Of a stretch of 64,000 nucleotides of DNA, positions 25,846 through 37,616 are shown one piece after another. A program made the position numbers and the translations under genes. Source of the stretch: Nemertoderma westbladi (Eukaryota > Animalia > Xenacoelomorpha); contig JAUCBJ010005652.1 in the NCBI GenBank assembly GCA_032718475.1, positions 1-64,000 of the forward strand. The letters run 5' to 3'. Numbering within the stretch: the stretch's first letter is position 1; each line of letters opens with the position of its first letter. The notes under the pieces were generated by a model. It was given only the letters and a program-made list of their open reading frames with translations. It was not told the origin of the DNA and did no database searches.

Positions 25846-26229
25846 AATAATTCATAATAAGGTCATTTATTTACGTATTTAACCTTATGCTGTTATGCAG
25901 TAGGCAGGTAGGCTATCACAGTTCCAGCTATCAGCTGATCAGTCATTATTGCTATTGGCTGATTGGTCATAGTCAGTTTATTTATTTACATAATATTGCT
26001 GTATTGTCTGATTGTATAAGCTATATTTATATTATATCTGTATATTATATTATTTGGATGGAGACACCGCTGTCGCTGTCATAGAAGCATATAAATAAAA
26101 CTGCACATATAATAAAACAGGCAGACAGAATGAAGTTGAACAGTGAATAAAACAAAACGACTTATACTATGGCACTATTGATAATGAAACAATTTATTAC
26201 CGACACACATGTGTAGCCATTGGAAATTT

Positions 26230-26940
26230 CAGTTCAATGACTCCAAGTGCAAGGTCATGCATACATCTATGTTCTAGAAATCCCCAAGCAACGTTTTACA
26301 CAATGAATGGACGGACACTTTTATCGGCAACCGAGGAACGTGATTTTGGAATTACATTTACACCAGACTTGTCCTTCACAGCATCACAGCTCACTGCACA
26401 AAGACTGCAGCCCGCGCCATGCGAGTCGTACATTTAATATGAAGAACTTTTACATATTTGGAAGCTCCGATGTTTACCCTCTGACCCTGTTATACAAATC
26501 CCTTGTTCGGCCTCTCCTTGAATACGACAAAGTTGTTTGTTCGCCATTCCTCCGACATGATAAATATTGAACGTCTTGAACAAGTACAACACCGTGTGGT
26601 CACTCGCCTTGTACAGTTATACTATCGCTGCCTGAGTTGTCATATGAAAACCGACTACTTGCACTCAAACTACCGACATTAATATATCGTCGTGTACTAG
26701 CCGACCTTATAATAACATACAAGTTTATCAACGGGATTGACAAATTTGAGCAGTTTCGTTCCTAACTCCACCAATGCTGACACGCAACAACTTTGCAGAC
26801 AGCGTTGCAAACATTTGGCATCCTTTACCATTACCGGAAAGTGTTGTTAATGCACGTAATACCCTTGGTACTCCATGATTGAGCATATTGAAAAATAGAC
26901 TAGACTGCGAAATGTCCTTTAAAATGAATATATAGTGATA
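26230..26940 (+). mobile_element. Decayed CR1/L2-like LINE 3' fragment inside IS3EU
   Basis: 'ERDFGITFTPDLSF', 'LYKSLVRPLLEY...SPF...LEQVQHR'; multiple frameshifts. Confidence 0.72.
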
Positions 26941-28069
26941 CTCCTGTGCGCCAAGTGGCAGTAGCGAAAGCGATATCTTTCGGATACAACGATATTTTTA
27001 TTAAAATCTAGCTACAGTACCTATTATTTTCATTTTTCAATCCCAATAAACATTTTTTTGTGTTAAATTTTAAAAGTGTTTTTTTATGTTTAATTGTTAT
27101 CCTATCTGTTGTAGTTACTTTACTTTGCACGTTTTATTTCAGCAGTAATATTTTACTTACTGACTTATGCGACATAACTACGGTACCAAATTTATGTTCC
27201 GTATAACTACGTATTGTTGTGTTGTATCCTATAGAGTATTGTATACTTGTCCTTATTAATATGTTTGCCTTTGGTACTGTATGTTGTTGAAGCCCTTGAA
27301 CCTACTGTAAGTATGCTTTGCCGGTTTTTAATTTAATTTTTCTGTAATTTCATTTTTTTCTAAATAATTAATATGCACCAACTGTAAGTACTGTAAATAA
27401 ACTATAATTTTAATTATTTTACTAATTTTACCTGAATACCATTATCCGTATTTTTCTTACAATAGTACATACGCTTATTAGCGTACTTTGCAGATATATG
27501 TTCATTTTATTTTAATCTACTGTACGTGTACGTACATGTGCAAAAATTAATATTTTATTGTTATTCTGGCGATATTAATAAACATAACATACAGCTAGTC
27601 ATTATTCATTCAGATATACCGTATCTGTAGCATAGGCGTATAGGACCACAGTACGTAGTATGTAATAAAGTAGAACGTAGTACATAAATACAAGGACTAG
27701 GCCTACTGAAGTAGTCTTTAATATTCTTTCTATAATTCATATTCTAACATTTGAGTAATTTCAAAAAATGTACACTTTACTTGACAACAAATATTTACAT
27801 GCAGTGTTTCTTAAGTAGTTGTTTCGTAATGTTACACTTTTGGAATAAAAAAACAACGTACCTACTGTACTTGTTGCATTTGTCTTTATTAAGGTTTTCC
27901 GTCTCTGTATCCTTATTTTCATTTCACCCACCCACAACTTTCGTTCGTTTAAGTAACAACTCGGATTAGTGCAGCTGCAGTATTATAGATAACCGAATAA
28001 ACTACAGGTACTGTACAGTATAACAGGCAGATTTTATGTTTTATACCAGTCAGCCCAGTGCAGCTTTGA

Positions 28070-28245
28070 CGAGCCGGTGGAAGATTTTTCACCCGACGCA
28101 GCATTTTGCATTGCACAGAGCCGGCGCAGGATTTTTGCACCCGGCGTGGTTTTGCACAGAGCCGGCGCAGGATTTTTTGCACCTGGCGTGGTTTTGCTCA
28201 GAGCCGGCGCAGGATTTTTGGCACCCGGCGCCGCGTTCGGCGCAG
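28070..28245. repeat. ~40-bp GC-rich tandem repeat, about 4 units
   Basis: GCACAGAGCCGGCGCAGGATTTTTGCACCCGGCGTGGTTTT repeated. Confidence 0.8.
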
Positions 28246-29700
28246 AAAATAAAACTTTTCAATAGGGCATACTGCGAACTGCCATAGTCTTATACAGTTA
28301 GTTATAGTGCTTTTCTACGCTCAGCATACTCAAAGCAAAGAGCTTATTCAGTTACAGGTACCGGTACGCCTAGGGCCTTGCCACAAGTGCCACAACCGCA
28401 GAACCGATACCACTACTGCACTAGCTGACTTCTGCTGTTCTGATACTGTCTAGTGCAGTTCAACAGTAGTGCACTACCGGTACTCTACAGCTGGCAGCAA
28501 GGGAACTAGGTAGCCTGCCGTATGCGCATGCGCGCGCATGCGCATGTTAGGCCTATCCTCTGACAGTTCGATATGATACTCCTGGGCCAGCTACCATTAC
28601 GTCAGTCTGTTATGATACTCATGGGCTGCGTGTTGTGAATGCGTTTTAAAATGCCTTTTAAAAATCGTTTTGAAATCGACTTTAAAATACATTTTAAATT
28701 GCATTTTATTTTTTGTTTGAATTTTTTTCCATATGCATTTTAAAATTCGTTTTTTTATTTCATTTAAAAATATATAAATATATTTTTTTGTTATGATACT
28801 CATGGGCCACCATAGAGGTGTATACAGAAACTCAGTAGTTCAGTGTTATGTTTTTGCCCAGAGCCTAAGAACCGGCTTTTGGCACCTCCGTGTTTTCAGT
28901 TTTTAGTCTTACACTAGTAGGCTTAATTATAAGGACATATATCCGTTATCTGATGTCTGATGTCTGCATACTGCATACTGCAGTACTGCATACACTGCAT
29001 ACTGTGTAACACTGTGCATACTTTTATATTGTTATACTGCTATTTACTGTCAGTTCTTCATAATATGGTTGATGAATTATTATATTTGGAATAACGACAA
29101 ATAACCCCGAAAACCCAATATTCTTGATATACCGAAGGTAAGAGAGAAAGGTTACAGATAAATGATTGCGACCTATGTTGAGTGGTTTGAAGTGAATCTA
29201 ATGTTATTTGATAGACCCTACATGATTCGGTCCGTGTTCCTTTTATATGTGACTAAAATCAGTGAAGATCGGCAGATCAGTGTGCAGTATTGTGCAGCAT
29301 TGTGTATGAGTGAGACTGATAACGAAGCATTTCCTAAAGAATGCGCCATATATGTGAATTGTAACTAAGCCATATCGTTGTGAGTAGTTTAAGTCATAAC
29401 TCTGTTTATATAGATAGAGCGCCACGTCCTAAAGGAACTGTTAATATTTCCCGAAGGTGAATAATATTGTCAGAGATTATATAATACTGTCAGTCGAATA
29501 ATACATTAGGCTTACATAGCAATAAAATTAAGCCGTCGAACCCAATCTCCCGGGTATATCCAGCGGGTGAATGATCGCGCACAGATTGGTTTCGACTAGT
29601 GTAGTTAATTAAATACTTGTCATAGACTAAAGGTGATTTATTATCTAGAAGACATCCTAATTTGGCGGGTTAAACTGCCAAAGGTCTGAAAGCGCGAACA

Positions 29701-29712
29701 ATAACGGATATA
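29701..29712 (+). promoter_or_regulatory. Non-canonical primer-binding site of element 1 (ATAACGGATATA), complementary to LTR positions 28938-28949
   Basis: Directly follows the LTR terminal CA; no TGG; exact reverse complement of TATATCCGTTAT; 11-nt equivalent in element 3 at 55643-55653. Confidence 0.65.
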
Positions 29713-29979
29713 GCTTCTGTATTGCAGTAGGCAATAAAGCTGAAGTACCGGCAACCGGTACCCAGTAGGCCTGACTACCTAACCACCCGGACCGGTACCT
29801 ACAGCAGTACAGCAGTACAGGTACAGCAGTATTATTCGATTTTGATTATTATATACCAGTAGGTCTTAATAATTAATCGGGGACGCCTGGTTTTTATTGG
29901 GATTTTACTTAGGCCTATTTCTGTCAGTTTTATTTGTTTGTAGGCCAGTATTGAACAGAAGGTGTGTAAGCCTGATCAT

Positions 29980-30510
29980 ATTGTACAGACAAGTTGTAGG
30001 CTGAGCTGTTGTCTGATTGCTGTTAAGTCTGAACGGATTGCAGTGTGTGTAGGTCACCTGTCCGATAAAGAACGGTTGGGAAGTTGGGGTAGCCATTGCT
30101 GTAAAGTAAACCCCCAATTAAAGAATAAGTCGTACTACTGGGTTAGAACGCATACTACCTAACTATTTCGGAGTCTGCATGTCCTGTAGTTTATTTAGGC
30201 TTGAGAGTAGTCTGCCATCGTTTGGTCTGTACTTTGTTTGTGTAGTCTGTACAGGTAGCGTATAATATCATTTAGATAATTTGTAGGCTGGATAGTTGTC
30301 TGTCTGTTATTAGGTCTGAACGGATTGCAGTGTGTGTAGAGCCCTTGTCCGATAAAGAACGGTTGGGAAGTTGGGGTAGCCATTGCTGTAAAGTAAACCC
30401 CCAATTAAAGAATAAGTCGTACTACTGGGTTAGAACGCATACTACCTAACTATTTCGGAGTCTGCATGTCCTGTAGTTTATTTAGGCTTGATAGTAGTCT
30501 GTCAGTATTT
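29980..30510 (+). repeat. Tandem duplication (period ~288 bp) in the 5' leader of element 1
   Basis: GTCTGAACGGATTGCAG...TAGTTTATTTAGGCTTGA occurs twice; equivalent at about 56010-56530 in element 3. Confidence 0.9.
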
Positions 30511-31489
30511 AGTCTGCATTTGTTTGAGTAGTTTGTACGCGTAGCGTAATATTTATTATTCAGAGTTTATGCGATTATTCGCAACATTCATTCCCCAAGT
30601 TTGTTCCTACAATAATTGTGTTTGTTATACATACCACTATAGTTAAATTAACCCCGGTACTACACGGGCTGCTTGGCGTAGGGAAAGACTGGTGATTTTG
30701 TGCATCGGTCACTCCAGCAGATGCCGTGGTTCTTTTAGCTGTTCAAGTATATTTAACTACTGATTATCTGTTGTACAAGTACTCGTACCTAATTTAGGGT
30801 TTAGTGTACAGTACTTTCCGAAGTAATTAGTGTAGGCATTATATTTGTGTTGTAAAGTGGTTGATAGGCACGTTCGATTAGCTCTATTAACTTCTAGGTA
30901 GGAACACTCCGTGATACATAACGTAGAACCTATAGCGATACGGCTATAGGTCGTCAGGCGGTGGTATTTTCCTATCTGGACAGCGCAGTGTATTTACTAC
31001 TACTTATTATTTCAAATACCGTAGTACCCTGTCCGTTGTAATAACCAGATTTCTAACCCTTTGTTAGGCTGGTTTGTAGACTTCTTGTAAAATTACCCTG
31101 AAAATTCGTATTTTGTGTTTTTTGTAAATTTTTGTGTTTATTTAGAGATTGTAATCTCACCCGAATTGTATGTAATTTGTAGTATTAAGTAACTTAGGTA
31201 AATTAGAATTATTTGTTTTAGTGTCCTATAAGTAACACTTCACTGAAAGCGCACCGCTTTGTGTAGTGATTACTCCCCAGAAATAATAACATTTATTTCA
31301 AACATTGACAAAACCCATTAAAACGGGTATATATATATTATAAATCAACTCAAACGATTTATAAATAGTAGGCCTGCCATACAACAATTAGGTCTCAATA
31401 TCAGTTGGACTACTGCTTAAATAACGGCAATAAAGTAAGTTAAAGTAACCAAGTAACCCTTAAAATTCAGAAATTCAGTTATTTAAAAT

Positions 31490-31865
31490 AATTGATATAC
31501 CGGTATTTACCATAGGCTTATTATATTTATTTCTATAAATTTTAGGTTGAAATCATACCGGTATTCTGTAATTAATTCTAGTTTGTAATTATACTTATAT
31601 ATATACACTATAAGTGTAAATTGCATACCGGTATTTACGATAGGCCTATTATCTTTATTTCTATAAATTTAGGCTGAAATTATACCGGTACTTGTAATTA
31701 ATTCTAGTCCAGAATTATATATACTACAAACTGTAAGCTGTATACCGGTATTCCCGATAGGCCTATTATATATTTATATATATTTGTGCTAAAATTATAC
31801 CGGTATTCTGAGATAAACCTAGTCTGTAATAATACTTATATATACTATAAGCATACCGGTATTTT
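31490..31865. repeat. ~60-bp periodic array built on ATACCGGTA upstream of gag
   Basis: Seven ATACCGGTA cores here, five at about 57520-57770 in element 3. Confidence 0.8.
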
Positions 31866-31999
31866 AATATATTATATATATATCACGCTACACTGAGTAG
31901 CAGTATCGGTAATTAATTACTAGGCTAGCAGTTAATACTGAATTACTAGACTTGCTTAGACTGTAATATAGCAGTAGGCATCCAACTGTACAAACAAAC

Positions 32000-34900
32000 A
32001 TGACTGCCACAAGGCAAACTCTGTCAGATAGTCTCCTAGAAACAACAGTCTGTTTCTCAGATAGGAGTATAGAGTATCCCAGACCGAGGTCTGAAACCCC
32101 TCCTACTGTAAGAAAGACAACCCCTACAGTAGCTGTGTCAGAACCTAGGTTAGTAGAAGCAATTTCGCAATTCGCGAAGTTAGTGAAGCGCCGTAGGTCT
32201 ATCATCGGTACTCGAGCTCAGGTCAAGCGGGACCAAGAAGCAGCGGAACCGCAACAACCCGCGAGCCAAGAACTTACTTCTCAACGGCCTGATAGCTCCA
32301 GTAGTTCGGATACTGATGAGCGAACGCCCGAATGCGGAGCGAAGATGGTGGATAAGGTTTATGATGAGCGGCCAACCTATGAAGAATCAACCGACACCAC
32401 TTCTTCTCAAGAAGAAAGCGAAGGGACAGCGGAGGGGCCGCGAAAGAGAGATGCCATTGACATCTATCTGTCAGACTATCAACGCTTTGTGGGAGATGAA
32501 GAGTTGAGGAGAAGGCTGGAGGGGCTTAGCCCTAATAGTGAAGGAACCAAGCTTGTGCTGGACGCAATTGATGCGGAAATGTTAGCGGCGAACCAAGCTA
32601 AATTTGATGAACTCCTCCGCATCAATAGAGTTCAAGAAGAGCAAGTAAAGAAAAAACTTATAGAAGACAAAAAGAAAATAGCAGTGACCTTGGCAGAAGC
32701 AGCGGCAAAGGCAAAAGCGGCAGCGGCAGAGGCAAAAGCAGAAGCCGAGGCAAAGGCAAAAGCGGCAGCGGCAGAGGCAAAAGCAGAAGCCGAGGCAAAG
32801 GCAAAAGCGGCAGCGGCAGAGGCAAAAGCGGCAGCGGCAGAGGCAGTGGCAGAAGCCGAACGGAGAGCGACTGAAGAAACCACCCAACTAGAATTGGAAT
32901 ACATTCAGGAGAATCAAGACTGCATAAATAAACAGTTAACAGCTAGTAATATGCAGATGATGAATCGATCTACTCCCAAAAGACGGATATACATCATCTG
33001 AGGAAGGCGATACCACCGATACTGAAGGCAAAGGAAATAGATCTCGTCTAAGTAGACGTAAAAGAACATTCCACCGTCAGAAATTGCCTGATTTGCCTCC
33101 AGCTGTTAGAAGGCAACTAAATAACACCAACTTAGGTAGTACAGAGCCCACAGACCAAATAATTCAAATAGAAAGACTCCCTACTATAGTAGATGAGCCT
33201 GAAATAATTAGGCCTGTTCTTGAAATCACCCCTTCGGTGATAGACACACCTGTGCTCCCTGAAGCTACCTATAAATTCCCTCTGCATAGCACTAAGCTAC
33301 CTGTGCCCCGTAGAACTGCCCAGGAGACAGTTCAGGTCCTGGACCCCGAGCGAAATATTCCAAATTTGTCGCCCGTTGTCCCTCGTCTGCCCGCTACGAC
33401 GTTGGCGGATCCCGTTTCGGCGGTTGATTGGGTAGACGAGAGACGGCGGGGGATGGATATTCTCCTCGGAGAGATGAAGGAGAATCGGATACGCTCCTCC
33501 CAACAGGTCCGAGAGTTGGAAGGGACTGTCCAACATGTAAAGGGAACAGTGAGGGAAAGTAAGTTAGAGTTGCAAGAAGTGCAGCAAATTATCGCGTTAG
33601 AACGCGATAAATTAGTAAACTTACAAAAGGGTATACCACCACCCTCTGTAACAATGTGTCAACCTGTTAGGTCTGAAGTACCACATGCGCAAGGTGTGGA
33701 GCCTACACGCATCTATACTGCTAGCGAAGTAGAAACTCCTATAGTGAACCCTATTAAGGGTAATTATATACCTGTTGATAATGACATTCCCTATAGAACT
33801 GATCATAATCCGAGAATTTTATATACCGATAACTCGATATTAAATAACACGATGGCCCAAGAAAGTTTCACGCGTCAAATGGCTAGAACCGAAGCCCGGC
33901 AAGCGGTAAAGGTGGGAGAGATCGTCAAGTTCAATGGAGATGAGATGAAATGGTTACCTTTTAATGAATATTACAAAGATAACATACAGAACTCTGTACT
34001 GTCTAATGGAGAGAAACTTAGATTCCTCATCGAGTGCTTGGAAGGATCTCCCAAGTCAATGGCGTTAAAATTTATTGGACATCCAGATGGATTAAGACAA
34101 GTTTGGGATACACTAAACATCAGGTATGGTAATAGGACTAACATAGCTAGGTATTTATATGCGAAATTAATGGCGCCCCGAAAGTTTCTTAGCAGCGGGA
34201 TTATAGAGTTTTCCGATGAGATTCAGGAGATCTGTAGACAACTAGATTGGTTAGGTAAGTCTCATGAATACCAGAATTCTATGGTTGTAGGAGCTTTAGC
34301 ATCTACTTTGCCCAAGGGTGGAGTAGGTACACGCTGGGACAAGAAGGTGTTATATATGATGGAACAACAACAACGAGACCCTACCATGGCTGATCTCATG
34401 TCATTCTTAGATGGAGAAGTGAAATTACAGCTCCTAAGACAGTCCAGAGAGAAGACATTGGAAAACAAGGTAAGTGAGAAACCCGTTTCTAGGAGAAGGG
34501 TAACACCAGTATGTTATACAGACGACGGTGAAAGCCAAACTTCTCAAGGAGAGGACAGCGGGAAAGACACTGACAGATCTTATTATGTCAATAAAATGCC
34601 TAAAGATCAGGTAAGTAAATCCAAGTCTCGACCCAATGACAGAAGGGAACCGGTACAAAAAACCCTTCCTACGTTTCCTAAAAGAATTCAGGTGAGAAAG
34701 CCCGAGGAAAGAACAAGTGTGCACCACATAGCACAGGTTAAAGTAAGTAACATCAAGCCGAAATGTGTGCTGTGCGACGGGCCCCACCGTTTAAATGCGT
34801 GTGATAAATTCCTGAGGAAATCACTCGAGGATAGACGTGAAGTCATGTGGGATAAGCGGTTGTGTTATAATTGCCTCAGACGAGGACACGAACGGCGAAC

Positions 34901-36503
34901 CTGTAACTCCGACGCAAGGTGTGCAAAGTGCGGCGCAAAACATCATATCTTGTTGCACACGGAATTCGAACGAAACAGCCCGAGTCAGGTAAGTGAGTCC
35001 GAACTACATGTCCAATTCAGTGATGTGAACGACACTGATCAATCTGAGATGGAAGGATTCTATACGGACGAGTTCTCCGACCAAAACGAATCCTGTTACC
35101 TAATAAACACCACCGCAGTGTATCGAGTACTCGTGCATGAGAAAGACACAGACAGCGACCTCACCCTAACTACTTCAGATCAACAACCATCTTGGAAAGC
35201 GCCAACTTCCAATATAGGAATCCGAGAATTTCCTGTAGTCCAGTTACGGGTCCACGGACCTCAGAAGAGCTATATAGTGAACGCCCTCCTGGACTCCGGT
35301 AGCACAGGAACATTCATCGATAAAGAACTAGCCGAAGTCATCTTTGCTGGACAACCCAAGTTCCGAACCAAGCTAAACATGTCAGGGATCATGCAGGTTT
35401 GGAATTCTACTGTAGCTGCCGACTATTATATAGGTGAGTTGTCCACTCCACAGGATAAACTAGGAGAATACAGTATCAGGTCAGTGAAAATGGTGGCTAT
35501 AAAGAACTTCGCTACTACTCAAGCAGACCTTTATAATTGGGACGAGGATGAGAGCATCCAACATCTTAACATACCTCGATTCCAGACTGATTATCCTGGA
35601 GTGCAAATACTCATCGGCCAAAACGCGCATGAGGCGCTGGAGACATTAGAGAAACGGCCTGCTCAACCGCAGCCACTACAGACCTATGCGGTAAGAACTA
35701 GAGTAGGTTGGTACCTTACTGGACCTTCCCGTAGAACGCTCAGGGAAAGACTGCTTCAAGATCGCGTCTGCCAGGTGAGTGAATGGGAAGATGATACTAG
35801 TGAGGGAGACGACCCAACTGAGGGAACACCACACTCCTCAGATAATGACAATCTTAGCTCCAATGTAGATCAATGGAGATATTGCCCCAAGAAGTTTAAT
35901 CCAACGGACATCGCTTTCAGAGGAGCAACTCCTCAAGAACTGACAGATACTATAGACCGGTTAGGTGAACCCGACTTCCTGAGTAAGGAGAATGAATGGC
36001 CTCCCCATCTTACTCCGACTGAGATTAGACCAGCCAAGGGAGCGGAGAAAGTCGAACCTGAAACCCGGACGGGTGGATCGGAGTTATTTGAACCCGGGAT
36101 AGATCTGTCGGTATTACATGTTGCCAGGGACGACGCCGTGGATCTGGGCCTCCCCTCCGCGAGTGGATCCTTCATGAAGATCAGAGAGAGCGATTGGAGC
36201 TCTGGAACATCACACGTCTCTCAGGGACTCTCACCTCTCCTGCAGAGAGCGACGGACCACTATAGCTCCTGGAATCGGCTTTGTGACGCCGTCATATACT
36301 TTGAGCGATGTTTCTATCGTCACTATTCCAGGACGAAGAGGAAACCTGGAATTGTATTCAGGATGCAGCGACTCAATCACCCAGTCGGTCGTTTGTGTTT
36401 ATCGGAAGGGAATGGAGGACTCTCCGGAAACTGTGGAAGACAAGATTCTCATCCCACGACCACCTCCCTAATCCTTCAAACATCTAGGGACTCCATAACG
36501 TAG
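32000..36503 (+). pseudogene. Gag-protease of element 1 fused to pol remnants; one frameshift near 32984
   Basis: Colinear with the element 3 ORF; 2-nt deletion (AAAAGAC--GGATA vs AAAAGACAGGGATA); RT, most of RNase H and the integrase core are absent. Confidence 0.9.
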
Positions 36504-37616
36504 CAACATATGGAGTGGGTGTGTGACTCTATTATTTTATATTATTTTATTATTTTTATATTTACGTATGTATTACTATGTAATTTTATTATAATCGTTT
36601 TCTTTAATTTTATTCAGTAGAATGTTATTTTAGCGATTATTTAGTAGATTAGTGCAATATATATTCGCGTTTATTACTTAATTACGTATATATTATATTT
36701 AATGCGACGGCAAGAAATAATTCTTTTTCTCCTTCCTTACTGTCTGTATTATATTATAAATACGTAACTACAGTAAGATGAAATGTCTGTACTTATTAAA
36801 GTACAATAAAGCCACTACTATATTCAAGTATTATTGGTAGGCAGAGTATTAGGAATGCAAAGTTCAGATCCTCGTGTCTCGGCTAAACCAAGCTCTGGGT
36901 AGACCTTGGAAACGACTTGCCTCTTCACACTGACATTGCTTCGTGCGATATTGCTCTCATACCGTATATTAAATAATACATATAGTAGCGTGATGTCCCT
37001 TTAACAGTAGCGTATAACGCAAAATAAATCTGTTAAACCCTTTGACCATCTGTAATTCTAGTCGATTAAGATATCGTGGCACCCACCGATATACTTGAAA
37101 GACAAATTATAGAATCAGTGGTTAACGTCCCCAGACAAGTTCTGGAATAAATCGGTGCCCATCTCAAATATTAATTAGTTAATATTTACAAATCAAATAA
37201 GTCAAAATCTGTAAAATTCAGATCCTTCAACAATTCTGGTCAATTAAGATATCGTAGCATTTACCGATATTCTTAAAAAAGACAATTGTCATAGAATTAA
37301 GGATCTTGTGTCCCTAGACATGCTCTAGAATCAAAATATGTCCATTTAATTATCAAATAATAAAATTTCAGGGAATAAATTTAAATTCATGCCTTTTAAT
37401 GAATTTAATAAATTGCCATTTTTACGCAATTTATAAAGTTCCCAAAATTCCATTAATTAATAGATCAAGGGAGCGGAGATTTATCTTATTATGCATATGA
37501 GTGTGCGAAAGTCTCCCAAATATAGTCAATAGCCGATAAAATTCATAAAGTCATGTATAAACAGGACATTGACTATTAAAGAATACTATTAAATAACATC
37601 CCAGATCTGTATGCAT

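Larger units (their letters stand above)
22864..28814. mobile_element. IS3EU-type DNA transposon (non-autonomous derivative) carrying an alpha-kinase gene
   Basis: Termini TATGGTGGCCC...GGGCCACCATA, TIRs over 300 bp, 6-bp TSD GAGGTG (22858-22863, 28815-28820); empty site visible in the 3' LTR near 43128; two convergent ORFs. Confidence 0.88.
22547..29700 (+). repeat. 5' LTR of element 1, split by IS3EU (22547-22863 + 28821-29700)
   Basis: Nearly identical to 42817-43998 once the insertion and one TSD copy are removed. Confidence 0.95.

Noticed and set aside
29162-29368. 68-aa ORF repeated at 43460 and 55116
   Set aside because: Recurs only because it lies in the LTR; its start differs in element 3 and there is no sign of coding constraint
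32975-33001. Programmed frameshift in gag of element 1, or near 62605 in element 3
   Set aside because: Both are explained by simple indels (a 2-nt deletion relative to element 3; a 13-nt insertion with a duplicated 11-mer), and there is no slippery heptamer
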